Source: an uncultured bacterium
GTDB lineage: Bacteria; Verrucomicrobiota; Verrucomicrobiia; Verrucomicrobiales; DEV007
DNA length: 26,524 nt
Reading direction: 5' to 3'
Assembly (NCBI GenBank): GCA_963977015.1
Contig: CAXBMO010000043.1
Span: 1 to 26,524, forward strand
The position numbers and the translations under genes were made by a program. The notes under the pieces were generated by a model. It saw only the letters and a program-made list of their open reading frames with translations, had not been told where the DNA came from and ran no database searches. Below are positions 7,840 through 16,751 of the stretch, in pieces; the stretch's first letter is position 1; each line of letters begins with the position of its first letter.

Positions 7840-10341
7840 TTAGCGTTCCCGGGACGTATGAGTGAAATAGGTGACCGTGAGTTCGTCGGAGAGCTCAAGC
7901 AGGGTTTTGCGAATTTGGCCGAGGAACTTCGTGAGGTCAGTTCGAATTCCGGTTTTCGGATCCGGCTCGACCAAGACCTTCAGGTCAGCGTCGTGGACCT
8001 TGGTTTTCACCGTCTCAACCATGTTCAGAATGCGGGCCTTGGGCGTTTTGCGGGTCGCCTTTCCTGGCAGATCGTTCAAAATCATGGAAAGCCGCGTCAG
8101 TTGATAGGCGAGCGATCGGGGATTGTTGTCGATCTTCAGCATCAGATCGAGAATGCGGTCGGGACGAAGTTCGCGCCGGTATTGGCGGCGAAAGGTTCCC
8201 AGGCTATCCGAGATGGTAAGAACGGATTCGTAGACGAGGGACTCCAGTTCACCGGGGATCTGCTTGGCGATTCCGTCCTCAAGAATTCCGGTCAAAAGGA
8301 CCGCGCGTTCGATTCTTCTGCCGGCATCGAGTAGGCACCAACCAGCATCACGGGTCATGCTTTCCAGGTTGAGTCCCAGAAACGCGGTCAGGTCGAGCAG
8401 GAGGCGTTCGAGCGGCGCGTAGTAGTCAAAAACGGAGTTGGCTTTTCCCCTCGCTTCCTTCCAGCCACTGACACACGCCTCAATGGCTCGAAGGCTGATT
8501 CCTGACCAGATGTCACGAATTTCGTGGGAGGCGTAGTGCAAACCAGCAAGCTCAGCCGGAATGCTGCCGCGTCGCTGGGGATTCTCCAGCAGGGAGATCA
8601 ACTCGCGATCGACATCCAGGTTGTCTTTGGTCGTAAGCGGGGGGATCTCGAACAAATCGAGGAGAATGGTGAGAAGAAATTTCTCATGTTTATTCTCGAT
8701 ATCCGGAGGCTGATCGAATCCATCAATCCGGGAGGAGAGCAACCGTCCCAGGTATCGCGCCTTGGCGTCGGCCCGCTCGGCGTAGCGGCCTGTCCAAAAC
8801 AGGTTTTCTCCCGTTCGGCTCGGGAGCTGAAACGGATTGTTTGCGTCCGTCGTCTGATCTTCGGCCCAGATTGATTTGTGCTGCGCCAGTTCGGTTTCCG
8901 ACCGAATCCAGACATCTTTGGAAACGCCGCCTTCGTGGGTGGAAACGATGGGTTGCCCATCCCTGGCCGTCCGGGCCAAGCCACCGGAAAGGACGCGGAT
9001 GTGGCCTCGGCGCGTCCGCATCGCAAACGTTCTCAGCACCGCAGTGCGAGGCTGAAGTTTCCCATCAACCAGCGAGGGGACGGTCGAGAAATGAACCTGT
9101 TCCTGCCCGGCGAACATCGAGGGATCGGCCAAAATCCGGTCTCGCAGTTTGTTGAGCCCGGCTTGCGTCAAATTACAGCCGTATTGCGTTTTGAAGGTGC
9201 AGCGAATATTGACGCTTTTGATGACCATCTGCGACAGGTTCTGCAGCACATAGTCCAGCGCGGCGGGCTGTCCACACCACCAGGTCGCCACATTGGGGAG
9301 AATGAGATCCTGATCGAGCAGCAGTTTGGAGATCGCCGGCAAGAATGGAAACCATCCAGGACTTTCCAACACCCCAATCCCGGGATGATCATAGACCATC
9401 ACGTTGCCGGCGCGCATCGCCTCGAACAATCCGGGAATTCCGCCCGTATCATGGCTTTCGCATTCGAGGGGATCGAGCCCCCGGCCGGGCATCGCCCGCC
9501 ATATCACGTGAACGCGCTCGAGACCGCCGAGCGAGCGCAGCCAAACCTGGCGATTCCGAACCGACAGATCGCCGGGTCGAACCAGGGTGTAGCCAAGGTA
9601 GTTCGCCAAAAGAAAGCTCTCGAAGTTGCTGCCCTCCGTTCCATCCGTCAAAATGACGACGCGTGGTTCCCGGCCGGGCCAGGCGCGGCCTTCCAATTCC
9701 TGACGCCAGGAGCGGAAAAATCCGGCCAAGCGGCGAACCTTGCATGCCTGAAAGGTGGATGGCATGACGCGGCCGACGATGCTGCGATTTTCCAGCGCGA
9801 ATCCCAGTCCGACCTGGGAGTCGGCGCGTTGATTGAGCACCCACATTTGCCCCTTGGGGCCGCGCGCGAGGTCAAAGGCGGCCATGCCGACCGAGGGGGA
9901 GATGGGTCCTTTGGAATCACGTTCACAGAAAGCGCGCAAAAATCCCTGATGACGCAAAACGATCTCCGCCGGGATGACGCGCTCTTTGAGCAAACGACCG
10001 GGGCCGTAGAGATCATCGAGAACGGCGGCGGCCAACTCGACGCGCTGCTTTACACCTTCCTCGATGCCATCCCACTCCTTTTCGGAGATAATCCAGGGAA
10101 CTGGATCGAGCGCCCAGCGATCGGTCGCATTGTCGGCGTCCTTTTCGTTGGAATAGACCGCCCCGAATTCATGGACAAACCGCTTCGTGGCCCGATCCCA
10201 GGTCTGGAAGACCTTGGGGCTGTTGTTACTGCACCAATGCATCCATTCTTTCCAAGCTGGATTCAGCGTTCCGTCGGAGCGGACTGCTTCATCCCATTGC
10301 TTGGGAAGGGGTTGGTAGGGTATTTCGTTTGAGTCGGACAC
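7840..10341 (-). CDS. Circularly permuted type 2 ATP-grasp fused to an alpha-E (DUF403) domain
   Basis: WALDPVPWII, GLGFALENR, LPNVATWWCG, GGVSKDVW, then alpha-E motifs ENLFWTGRYAERA and ESMTRDAGWCLLDAGRRIERA, NPRSLAYQL. GTG start. Confidence 0.93.
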   Translation of the reverse strand: MSDSNEIPYQPLPKQWDEAVRSDGTLNPAWKEWMHWCSNNSPKVFQTWDRATKRFVHEFGAVYSNEKDADNATDRWALDPVPWIISEKEWDGIEEGVKQRVELAAAVLDDLYGPGRLLKERVIPAEIVLRHQGFLRAFCERDSKGPISPSVGMAAFDLARGPKGQMWVLNQRADSQVGLGFALENRSIVGRVMPSTFQACKVRRLAGFFRSWRQELEGRAWPGREPRVVILTDGTEGSNFESFLLANYLGYTLVRPGDLSVRNRQVWLRSLGGLERVHVIWRAMPGRGLDPLECESHDTGGIPGLFEAMRAGNVMVYDHPGIGVLESPGWFPFLPAISKLLLDQDLILPNVATWWCGQPAALDYVLQNLSQMVIKSVNIRCTFKTQYGCNLTQAGLNKLRDRILADPSMFAGQEQVHFSTVPSLVDGKLQPRTAVLRTFAMRTRRGHIRVLSGGLARTARDGQPIVSTHEGGVSKDVWIRSETELAQHKSIWAEDQTTDANNPFQLPSRTGENLFWTGRYAERADAKARYLGRLLSSRIDGFDQPPDIENKHEKFLLTILLDLFEIPPLTTKDNLDVDRELISLLENPQRRGSIPAELAGLHYASHEIRDIWSGISLRAIEACVSGWKEARGKANSVFDYYAPLERLLLDLTAFLGLNLESMTRDAGWCLLDAGRRIERAVLLTGILEDGIAKQIPGELESLVYESVLTISDSLGTFRRQYRRELRPDRILDLMLKIDNNPRSLAYQLTRLSMILNDLPGKATRKTPKARILNMVETVKTKVHDADLKVLVEPDPKTGIRTDLTKFLGQIRKTLLELSDELTVTYFTHTSRER

Positions 10342-10449
10342 TACGGCGCTATTTGGGAAGCCAATCGATCAAAGAGGAAGCGTCGGCAAGTGCCAAATTA
10401 CTCGAGAGACGCGGCCCCTGTTAGGAGGTGTGTGGAGCGCCTTTCGGTC

Positions 10450-10581
10450 TCAGCAGGTTGCTGAAACTGCAGCAACGATGGTGGAGTAATTCCTTGGAAC
10501 CCGGCGAATTAGCCTGCTTTGAGCTTCCCGGGAGGGGGTGGGCTCGGAGGCATTGTCGAGGTTAAAGAAAACTGCGGTCAT
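10450..10581 (-). pseudogene. 43-codon small ORF, possibly a decayed HAD-hydrolase 5' remnant
   Basis: Translates to MTAVFFNLDNASEPTPSREAQSRLIRRVPRNYSTIVAAVSATC. The start resembles HAD motif I (AVFFDLDxT). It lies 7 nt after TTGCGC-N17-TAGGCT (10617-10589). Confidence 0.3.
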
Positions 10582-10619
10582 GGCCGCAAGCCTAGCGCCG
10601 CATTCCGCAACGCGCAAGG

Positions 10620-13600
10620 TCAGGCCAGTTTTCGGACTCCGGTCGAGAGCGATTCCGGGGAATTTCTCAAATCCAGAGTTACTGGGAATTCTGGAATCGG
10701 CTCTTCCGCTGGAACGTAGAGGATTTCACCTCCCGGCGTTTCCTCAAAGAAACGGCCCGAAACGTTGGATTTCGCAGAGCGGGTTTCGACAATTCCTGGA
10801 GTGTGCCCATGATCCCAGAATCGATTCACGCGGCGGGATTCGGCTTCCATCGCATTGACGGGAAAGGACTCGTAGGACAGTCCGCCCGGATGGCTGACGT
10901 GGTAAACGCAGCCTCCCAAGGCTTTCCGATTGCGGGTATCCACCAAATCGAAGCGCAGCGGAGTCTGCACGCCAATGGTGGGATGCAGCGCGGAATGAGG
11001 GGCCCACGCCTTATAGCGCACGCCGCCAACACCTTCGCCCTGAACTCCGGTCGGGAAGAGAGGAACCCGTCTGCCGTTGCACAGAACGACGTGGCGGCCT
11101 TCGGTGAGCCCGCGAGCGCGAACCTGGAGCCGTTCGACCGAGGAATCGACATAGCGGGATGTGCCCTGCGAGGTGACTTCCTCACCGAGAACGTGCCATG
11201 GCTCGAGCGCGAATCGCAGTTCGATTTCGACACCGTGGTAATTGACCCGGCCATAAACCGGGAAACGGAATTCGTGAAACGCGCGGAGCCATTCGAGTTC
11301 GAACGGGATTCCGGATTCCCGCAGTTCCAGAACCACGTCACGCACGTCATCCCAAACGAATTGGGGAAGCATGAATTGATCGTGCAGCGAAGTTCCCCAC
11401 CGCACCAGTTTGTGGCGATACGGCTTGTCCCAGAAGAGGGAGATGAGACTGCGGACCAGCAGCGATTGCACCAGGCTCATACGAGCATGCGGAGGCATTT
11501 CGAACGCGCGCAATTCGAGCAATCCGAGGCGACCGCTGGAGCTGTCGGGTGAATAGAGCTTGTCGATGGAGAACTCCGAACGGTGCGTGTTGCCGCTCAG
11601 GTCGGTCAGCAGGTTTCGCAGCACGCGATCCAGCACCCACGGCGTTTCGGAGTTTTCAGGAAGCTGCTGAAAGGCAATATCCAACTCGAACAGGCGGTCG
11701 TCGACGCCTTCATCAACGCGGGGGGCCTGGCTGGTTGGCCCGATGAACATCCCCGAAAACAGGTAGGAGAGTCCAGGATGATGCTGCCAATAGGTAATCA
11801 GACTGCGCAGCAAGCCGGGACGACGAAGGAATGGACTTTGCGAAGGTGTTTCGGCTCCGACCACAACGTGGTTGCCGCCGCCGGTGCCGGTGTGGCGTCC
11901 ATCGAGCATGAACTTCTCCGCACAAAGGCGGGCAAGTCTGGCTTCCTGATAAAGGATTTCGGTGCGCTCGGAGAGTTCCTTCCAGTTGGAGGACGGGTGC
12001 ATGTTCACCTCAATCACGCCGGGATCAGGTGTGACTTTGAGGCGCTCAATCCGGGGATCGTGTGGTGGCTCGTAGCCTTCGATCACGACCGGGATTTCAA
12101 AATCAATCGCGGTTTCCTCGACCACTTTTAGCAGGAGGGCGTAGCGCTCCAACGTGTCGATCGGTGGGAAGAAAATGTGAAGGCGGCCTTCCCGGATTTC
12201 AAAGCAGAGAGCCGTGCGCGGCATCCATTGTTGGTGAAGGTGGGACCAGGATCCCGGCCCGGTATGGGGGGCCGTCGCGCTGCTTTCATCGGTAACGGGA
12301 GATTTGCTGCCTTTTCCTTGTTTCTTCCCCTTCGATTTGCTGGACGACTGATGGCGCAGATAATACTGGCGAAAGTCCTCAGGAGTCGGTGGTTTCTCGG
12401 GAATCGAAGTCAGGGGATTGACCAGAAGCGGTTCTCTGGCTTCCAACGGGCAAGCTTGTTCGACGAAGTCGTGCGGACGACTCTCGGTGAGTGAATTCAA
12501 TGGCAGGCGGAATCCCATCGGTGACGACCCTGGAATCAGATAGAGATTCTCTCGGCGAAACTGCCAACGACCTCCGCAAAATCCGCCGTAAGCCTCATCG
12601 TAGTAGATGGGCAGCACATAGCCTGAGGGAACTTCCACGCCGCGCCGGATCAGTTTTGCCAGCATTCGGCGCTCCAGGGAAGCGGAGTTTTCCGCCTCGC
12701 TTGGAATTTCGTCGGTTGGGAGAGTCGACTCTTTCCAGCGATAGTAGTCCACATCTTCCAACGCCGGGTGGATGAAGGTTTCGTCGATACGAAGGCGGTT
12801 CGCAAAGGCATGCGCGAAATCGTGGGCTCGATCGATGTTCAAGGTGCCCGGTTGATCCAGGTCGGCCAGGAGTTCTTCGTTCTCCCACAACGGAACCCCG
12901 TCTTTTCGCCAAAAACATCCATACGCCCAGCGCGGCACAGGCTCGCTCGGATACCATTTTCCTTCGCCATACCAACGCAGGCCGCCCGGGGCAAAGGCAC
13001 GCTGCAGGCGCACCAGCAAATCCATTCCCCGTTCCCGCTTGAACGGGCTGTCCGCGCCGGTATTCCATTCGTCGCCATCCATGTCGTCGATGGAGACAAA
13101 CGTGGGCTCGCCTCCCATGGTTAGGCGCACATCCTGGCTGTCCAGCCGGCTGTCCACTAAATCACCGACTGAGGAAATCGCCTGCCATTCTTCGTCCGAA
13201 TAAGGCTTCGTGACCCGGGGATCCTCATGAACGCGGGTGACCTTGTTTTCATAGGAAAACTCGATTTCGCATTTCTCCAAGGCTCCCGTTACCGGAGCGG
13301 CGCTTCCAGGATCTGGAGTGCAGGCCAGGGGGATGTGTCCTTCCCCGACAAACAGCCCGGACGTGGGATCCAAACCAACCCAGCCAGCGCCGGGGAGAAA
13401 AACTTCGGCCCAGGCGTGGAGATCGGTAAAATCCTCGCTGGCACCGGCGGGGCCCTCAAGCGGCTTCTCGTCTGGAGTCAATTGAACGAGGTAACCGGAT
13501 ACAAAGCGGGACGCCAAGCCATAGTGACGGAGAAGCTGTACCAACAGGTATCCTGAATCACGACAGGAGCCCGAGCCCTTCGTCAACGTTTCCTTGCACG

Positions 13601-14105
13601 ACTGCACCCCCGGCTCCATCCGGATGTTGTAGTCGATCATCCGTTCCAGCTCCTGGTTGATGCTGACCAGAAAGTCGTTGGTTCGCATCGGTTCGACCGG
13701 GCGAAGGTCCTCCACCAACTCCTTGAGTTTCTTTCCTCGTTCCTTGATTTCGAGGTATGGCTTCAGCTCGGTCCGCAGTTCGTCACTATACGTGAACGGG
13801 AACTCTTCAACTTCCTCCTCCAAGAAGAAGTCGAACGGATTGATCGTCGTCAGGTCCGCGACAAGATCGACAACGATGTTGAGCCGCCGCGTCTTTTTGG
13901 GGAAAACAAGCCGGAAGGCGTAGTTTCCAAACGGATCCTGAACCAGATTACAGAAATGATCTTCCGGCTCAACCTTTAGCGAATAGGAGAGGATTGGAGT
14001 CCGGCTATGGGGCGCGGGCCGCAGGCGAACAACATGAGGACTCAGGGTAACTGGTCGATCGAAATCGTACGTAGTACGATGGGTAAGAGCAACGTGGATT
14101 GACAT
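10620..14105 (-). CDS. Transglutaminase + DUF2126 putative amidoligase (COOH-NH2 ligase-like) protein
   Basis: Transglutaminase triad GSCRDS, LHAWAE, LDPTS. DUF2126 hallmarks LTMGGEPTF, VTPDPGVIEVN, GTGGGNH, PTSQAPR, NTHRSEFSIDK, LLELRAFEMPPH. Confidence 0.95.
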   Translation of the reverse strand: MSIHVALTHRTTYDFDRPVTLSPHVVRLRPAPHSRTPILSYSLKVEPEDHFCNLVQDPFGNYAFRLVFPKKTRRLNIVVDLVADLTTINPFDFFLEEEVEEFPFTYSDELRTELKPYLEIKERGKKLKELVEDLRPVEPMRTNDFLVSINQELERMIDYNIRMEPGVQSCKETLTKGSGSCRDSGYLLVQLLRHYGLASRFVSGYLVQLTPDEKPLEGPAGASEDFTDLHAWAEVFLPGAGWVGLDPTSGLFVGEGHIPLACTPDPGSAAPVTGALEKCEIEFSYENKVTRVHEDPRVTKPYSDEEWQAISSVGDLVDSRLDSQDVRLTMGGEPTFVSIDDMDGDEWNTGADSPFKRERGMDLLVRLQRAFAPGGLRWYGEGKWYPSEPVPRWAYGCFWRKDGVPLWENEELLADLDQPGTLNIDRAHDFAHAFANRLRIDETFIHPALEDVDYYRWKESTLPTDEIPSEAENSASLERRMLAKLIRRGVEVPSGYVLPIYYDEAYGGFCGGRWQFRRENLYLIPGSSPMGFRLPLNSLTESRPHDFVEQACPLEAREPLLVNPLTSIPEKPPTPEDFRQYYLRHQSSSKSKGKKQGKGSKSPVTDESSATAPHTGPGSWSHLHQQWMPRTALCFEIREGRLHIFFPPIDTLERYALLLKVVEETAIDFEIPVVIEGYEPPHDPRIERLKVTPDPGVIEVNMHPSSNWKELSERTEILYQEARLARLCAEKFMLDGRHTGTGGGNHVVVGAETPSQSPFLRRPGLLRSLITYWQHHPGLSYLFSGMFIGPTSQAPRVDEGVDDRLFELDIAFQQLPENSETPWVLDRVLRNLLTDLSGNTHRSEFSIDKLYSPDSSSGRLGLLELRAFEMPPHARMSLVQSLLVRSLISLFWDKPYRHKLVRWGTSLHDQFMLPQFVWDDVRDVVLELRESGIPFELEWLRAFHEFRFPVYGRVNYHGVEIELRFALEPWHVLGEEVTSQGTSRYVDSSVERLQVRARGLTEGRHVVLCNGRRVPLFPTGVQGEGVGGVRYKAWAPHSALHPTIGVQTPLRFDLVDTRNRKALGGCVYHVSHPGGLSYESFPVNAMEAESRRVNRFWDHGHTPGIVETRSAKSNVSGRFFEETPGGEILYVPAEEPIPEFPVTLDLRNSPESLSTGVRKLA

Positions 14106-14150
14106 TGTCGATGTTTCAAAGGTAACAGGTCGCTCCGGAAACTTGGGAAG

Positions 14151-15152
14151 CTACGCTGATACAGACTTGGTGGATTGCGACTGAGATTGAGATTTGGAAG
14201 TTGTTTCCAAAGGTTCTCTTTCTCTAATATAGAAATATTTTGCGAAGATCTCCAGCCCGATGGCATTCAGATCTATTTGCAAAGAGTCTACATACTGGTG
14301 AAGACCCATTTCTGCAACCTCATTCCTACCCGCAAAGTCAAGCCTCGCCAAGGTGGCGCCGGCCAGCCGTTCCGCTTCGTTGCTATATCGATGAGGCGGA
14401 GTGCTGGAGATACTATGTAAAATGGTGTGAACTTGACGCAGACAGAAGCGCACGGAGCGCGGGAATGTACTGGAAAAGATCAGGATGGCGGAAGCCTTGG
14501 TGTCCGTTACTTCACCGCCAAATCGTGCCCGGTAAACGGATGCGGCACTGCAGGCCCGCACGACGGTAGGCCACGCGGATCCGCGATTGCCTTTCGGCAG
14601 GAAGTGGGGGAAGTCGAGAATTCGGGTCGTTTTGTCCGCCCGCTCAATATATTTGCCAAGCTGAATAAAGGCCCAGGCCTCCTCATGGGGAATCGTGGCA
14701 TCGGTAATTCCATGAAACAGCAATGAGGACTCGATGATCTTAGTACAGAAGTCGGAGGCGGACTTTCTCCATTCCTGGCGGCCGTTATCTCTCAAAAAGA
14801 TATGAAGACCGTTCAGGTTTAACCAAACTTCTTCGGAAATCTGATCGCGAACTGCCCGGGCGTTCTCGCGCGCCGCAGCAATGCAGCTGACAATGCTCTC
14901 CGGGTTCTTTGGAGAGATGCTCATGAAGTCTGCAATCGGTTGTTTGCGCTTCTTGCCCTTGGATTGCTCAGCATAGAGTTCTTCAAGAGCCGTTACTTCG
15001 AGCATCGAACTCCATGACTTTGCGGTATCGTCGCCACTCCAGACCAGATCCATGAGATCTTCCTCGTGAGTGTTGATGAGGCGAGCGAGATTCTCGGCGC
15101 GCTCAATGTAGCGGGCCATCCAATAGAGGTTATTTGCGACTCGGGAAAGCAT
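14151..15152 (-). CDS. Stand-alone alpha-E domain protein (DUF403)
   Basis: MLSRVANNLYWMARYIERAENLAR, ARENARAVRDQIS, LGKYIERADKTTRILD, FPRSVRFCL; SQ-repeat C-terminal tail. Confidence 0.95.
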   Translation of the reverse strand: MLSRVANNLYWMARYIERAENLARLINTHEEDLMDLVWSGDDTAKSWSSMLEVTALEELYAEQSKGKKRKQPIADFMSISPKNPESIVSCIAAARENARAVRDQISEEVWLNLNGLHIFLRDNGRQEWRKSASDFCTKIIESSLLFHGITDATIPHEEAWAFIQLGKYIERADKTTRILDFPHFLPKGNRGSAWPTVVRACSAASVYRARFGGEVTDTKASAILIFSSTFPRSVRFCLRQVHTILHSISSTPPHRYSNEAERLAGATLARLDFAGRNEVAEMGLHQYVDSLQIDLNAIGLEIFAKYFYIREREPLETTSKSQSQSQSTKSVSA

Positions 15153-15157
15153 GGTGA

Positions 15158-16612
15158 CTAGTTTCCATTCATGGAGTGAGTGTTCCGCAATACCCAGGTG
15201 TCTTTACTTCCTCCTCCTTGCGAAGAGTTGACAATGAGTGATCCCTTTTTCAAGGCGACCCGGGTTAAACCGCCTGGAACAACGGTGATTTTGTCGCCAT
15301 AGAGAACAAAGGGACGAAGGTCGACATGCCTTCCCTCCGCGGACGAATCGCAAAGGGTGGGATGGCGCGAGAGGGAGACGACCGGCTGTGCGATGTATTC
15401 CCGAGGGTTGGCGATGATGAGTTTTCGGAATGCGGCAATTTCCTTTTTGGAGGCGGTGGGACCCATTAACATACCGTAGCCCCCGGCTTCGTTGGCTGCT
15501 TTAACGACCAAGTTATCCAAGTTCTCGAGAATGTAGGTGCGATCCTCTTTGTCGAGGCCCAGATAAGTTGGCACGTTCTCAAGGATCGGTTCCTCCGAAA
15601 GGTAGAAGCGAATCATGTCTGGAACGTAGGCGTAAACGACTTTGTCGTCCGCAACACCGGTTCCAATTGCGTTGACCAGGGTCACGTTGCCCTTGCGATA
15701 GGCGTCCACGAGACCGGGGACTCCCAGCAGGGAATCGCGCCGGAAAACTTTGGGATCGAGGAATTGATCGTCGATCCTTCGGTAGATGACATCCACCGCG
15801 ACCGGCCCTTTGGTCGTATGCATATAAACACGATCGCCCTCAACGACGAGATCCTGGCCCTCAACGATCTCGATTCCCATTTGCTGGGCGAGAAACGTGT
15901 GCTCGAAGTAGGCGCTGTTGTACTGGCCCGGTGTCAAAACCACGCAAACGGGATCGGTTCCCCCTTGTGGAGAGACGGATCGGAGCATGTCGCGAAGGGC
16001 TGTCGGGTAATGGGAAACCGGTTCGACCCGCATGCGCTGATACAACTGCGGAAAGGCACGTTTCATCGCCGCGCGGTTCTCCAGCATGTAGGAGACGCCT
16101 GACGGGCAACGGCCGTTGTCCTCCAAAACGCGGTAGGTTCCATCGTCATCGCGAATCAGATCCGATCCGCAGATGTGAATGTAGGCATTGTGGGGAAGAT
16201 CGATTCCCACAAAATCCGGCTGATAGTGCTTGGCCGACTTGATGACCGATTCGGGAATGATCTTTTCTTTAACGATGCGGGCATCATGATAAAGATCATT
16301 GAGAAACATGTTGAGCGCCGTGATGCGCTGCTTCAGTCCTGACTCCAGGTGTTCCCATTCATGGGACGGGATGACGCGGGGAACAGGGTCGAACGGGAAA
16401 ATGCGCTCCGTGCCCTCGTTGTCCGAGTAAACGGTGAACGTTACACCCTGCTCCAGAAACGAGCGATCCAACTGACGCTGTTTCTCCTCCATGTTCTTGC
16501 TGCTGAGCTTGGAGAATTCGCCGGTGATTTCCTCATACCAGGAAAACGGCCTTGTCGTACCTTTCTCGAACATTTCGTCGAAAAAGGTTTCAGGTTGGTA
16601 ATTTTTGAACAC
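15158..16612 (-). CDS. Circularly permuted type 2 ATP-grasp protein (predicted peptide ligase)
   Basis: [72 protein letters not shown] start. Confidence 0.96.
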   Translation of the reverse strand: MFKNYQPETFFDEMFEKGTTRPFSWYEEITGEFSKLSSKNMEEKQRQLDRSFLEQGVTFTVYSDNEGTERIFPFDPVPRVIPSHEWEHLESGLKQRITALNMFLNDLYHDARIVKEKIIPESVIKSAKHYQPDFVGIDLPHNAYIHICGSDLIRDDDGTYRVLEDNGRCPSGVSYMLENRAAMKRAFPQLYQRMRVEPVSHYPTALRDMLRSVSPQGGTDPVCVVLTPGQYNSAYFEHTFLAQQMGIEIVEGQDLVVEGDRVYMHTTKGPVAVDVIYRRIDDQFLDPKVFRRDSLLGVPGLVDAYRKGNVTLVNAIGTGVADDKVVYAYVPDMIRFYLSEEPILENVPTYLGLDKEDRTYILENLDNLVVKAANEAGGYGMLMGPTASKKEIAAFRKLIIANPREYIAQPVVSLSRHPTLCDSSAEGRHVDLRPFVLYGDKITVVPGGLTRVALKKGSLIVNSSQGGGSKDTWVLRNTHSMNGN

Positions 16613-16644
16613 GAAGACAGGGAAAGGGTGTGGGGTCAGACTGT

Positions 16645-16661
16645 AGCAGAGAGCGTGCCAA
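16645..16661 (-). promoter_or_regulatory. sigma54 (-24/-12) promoter for the ATP-grasp operon
   Basis: Minus strand TTGGCACGCTCTCTGCT, with exact GG-N10-GC spacing, 32 bp upstream of the GTG at 16612. Confidence 0.75.
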
Positions 16662-16751
16662 ATACTCCCTTATTATTGAAATTGTGCTTTGCCTCAAAAT
16701 TAGAAACCGCTGGGACGGGAGATTCGATGCGTCCTGAAAATTGGAGAAAAT

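Noticed and set aside
8878-10332. Long plus-strand ORFs (484 aa here; also 3754..4815, 10803..11552, 21030..21884, 22283..23443)
   Set aside because: Antisense shadows of well-supported minus-strand genes in GC-rich DNA, with no recognisable motifs.
10379-10395. Second sigma54 promoter upstream of the ATP-grasp-alpha-E fusion (TGGCACTTGCCGACGCT)
   Set aside because: The -24 box is good but spacing is GG-N11-GC, and sigma54 requires N10. It could be a decayed site.
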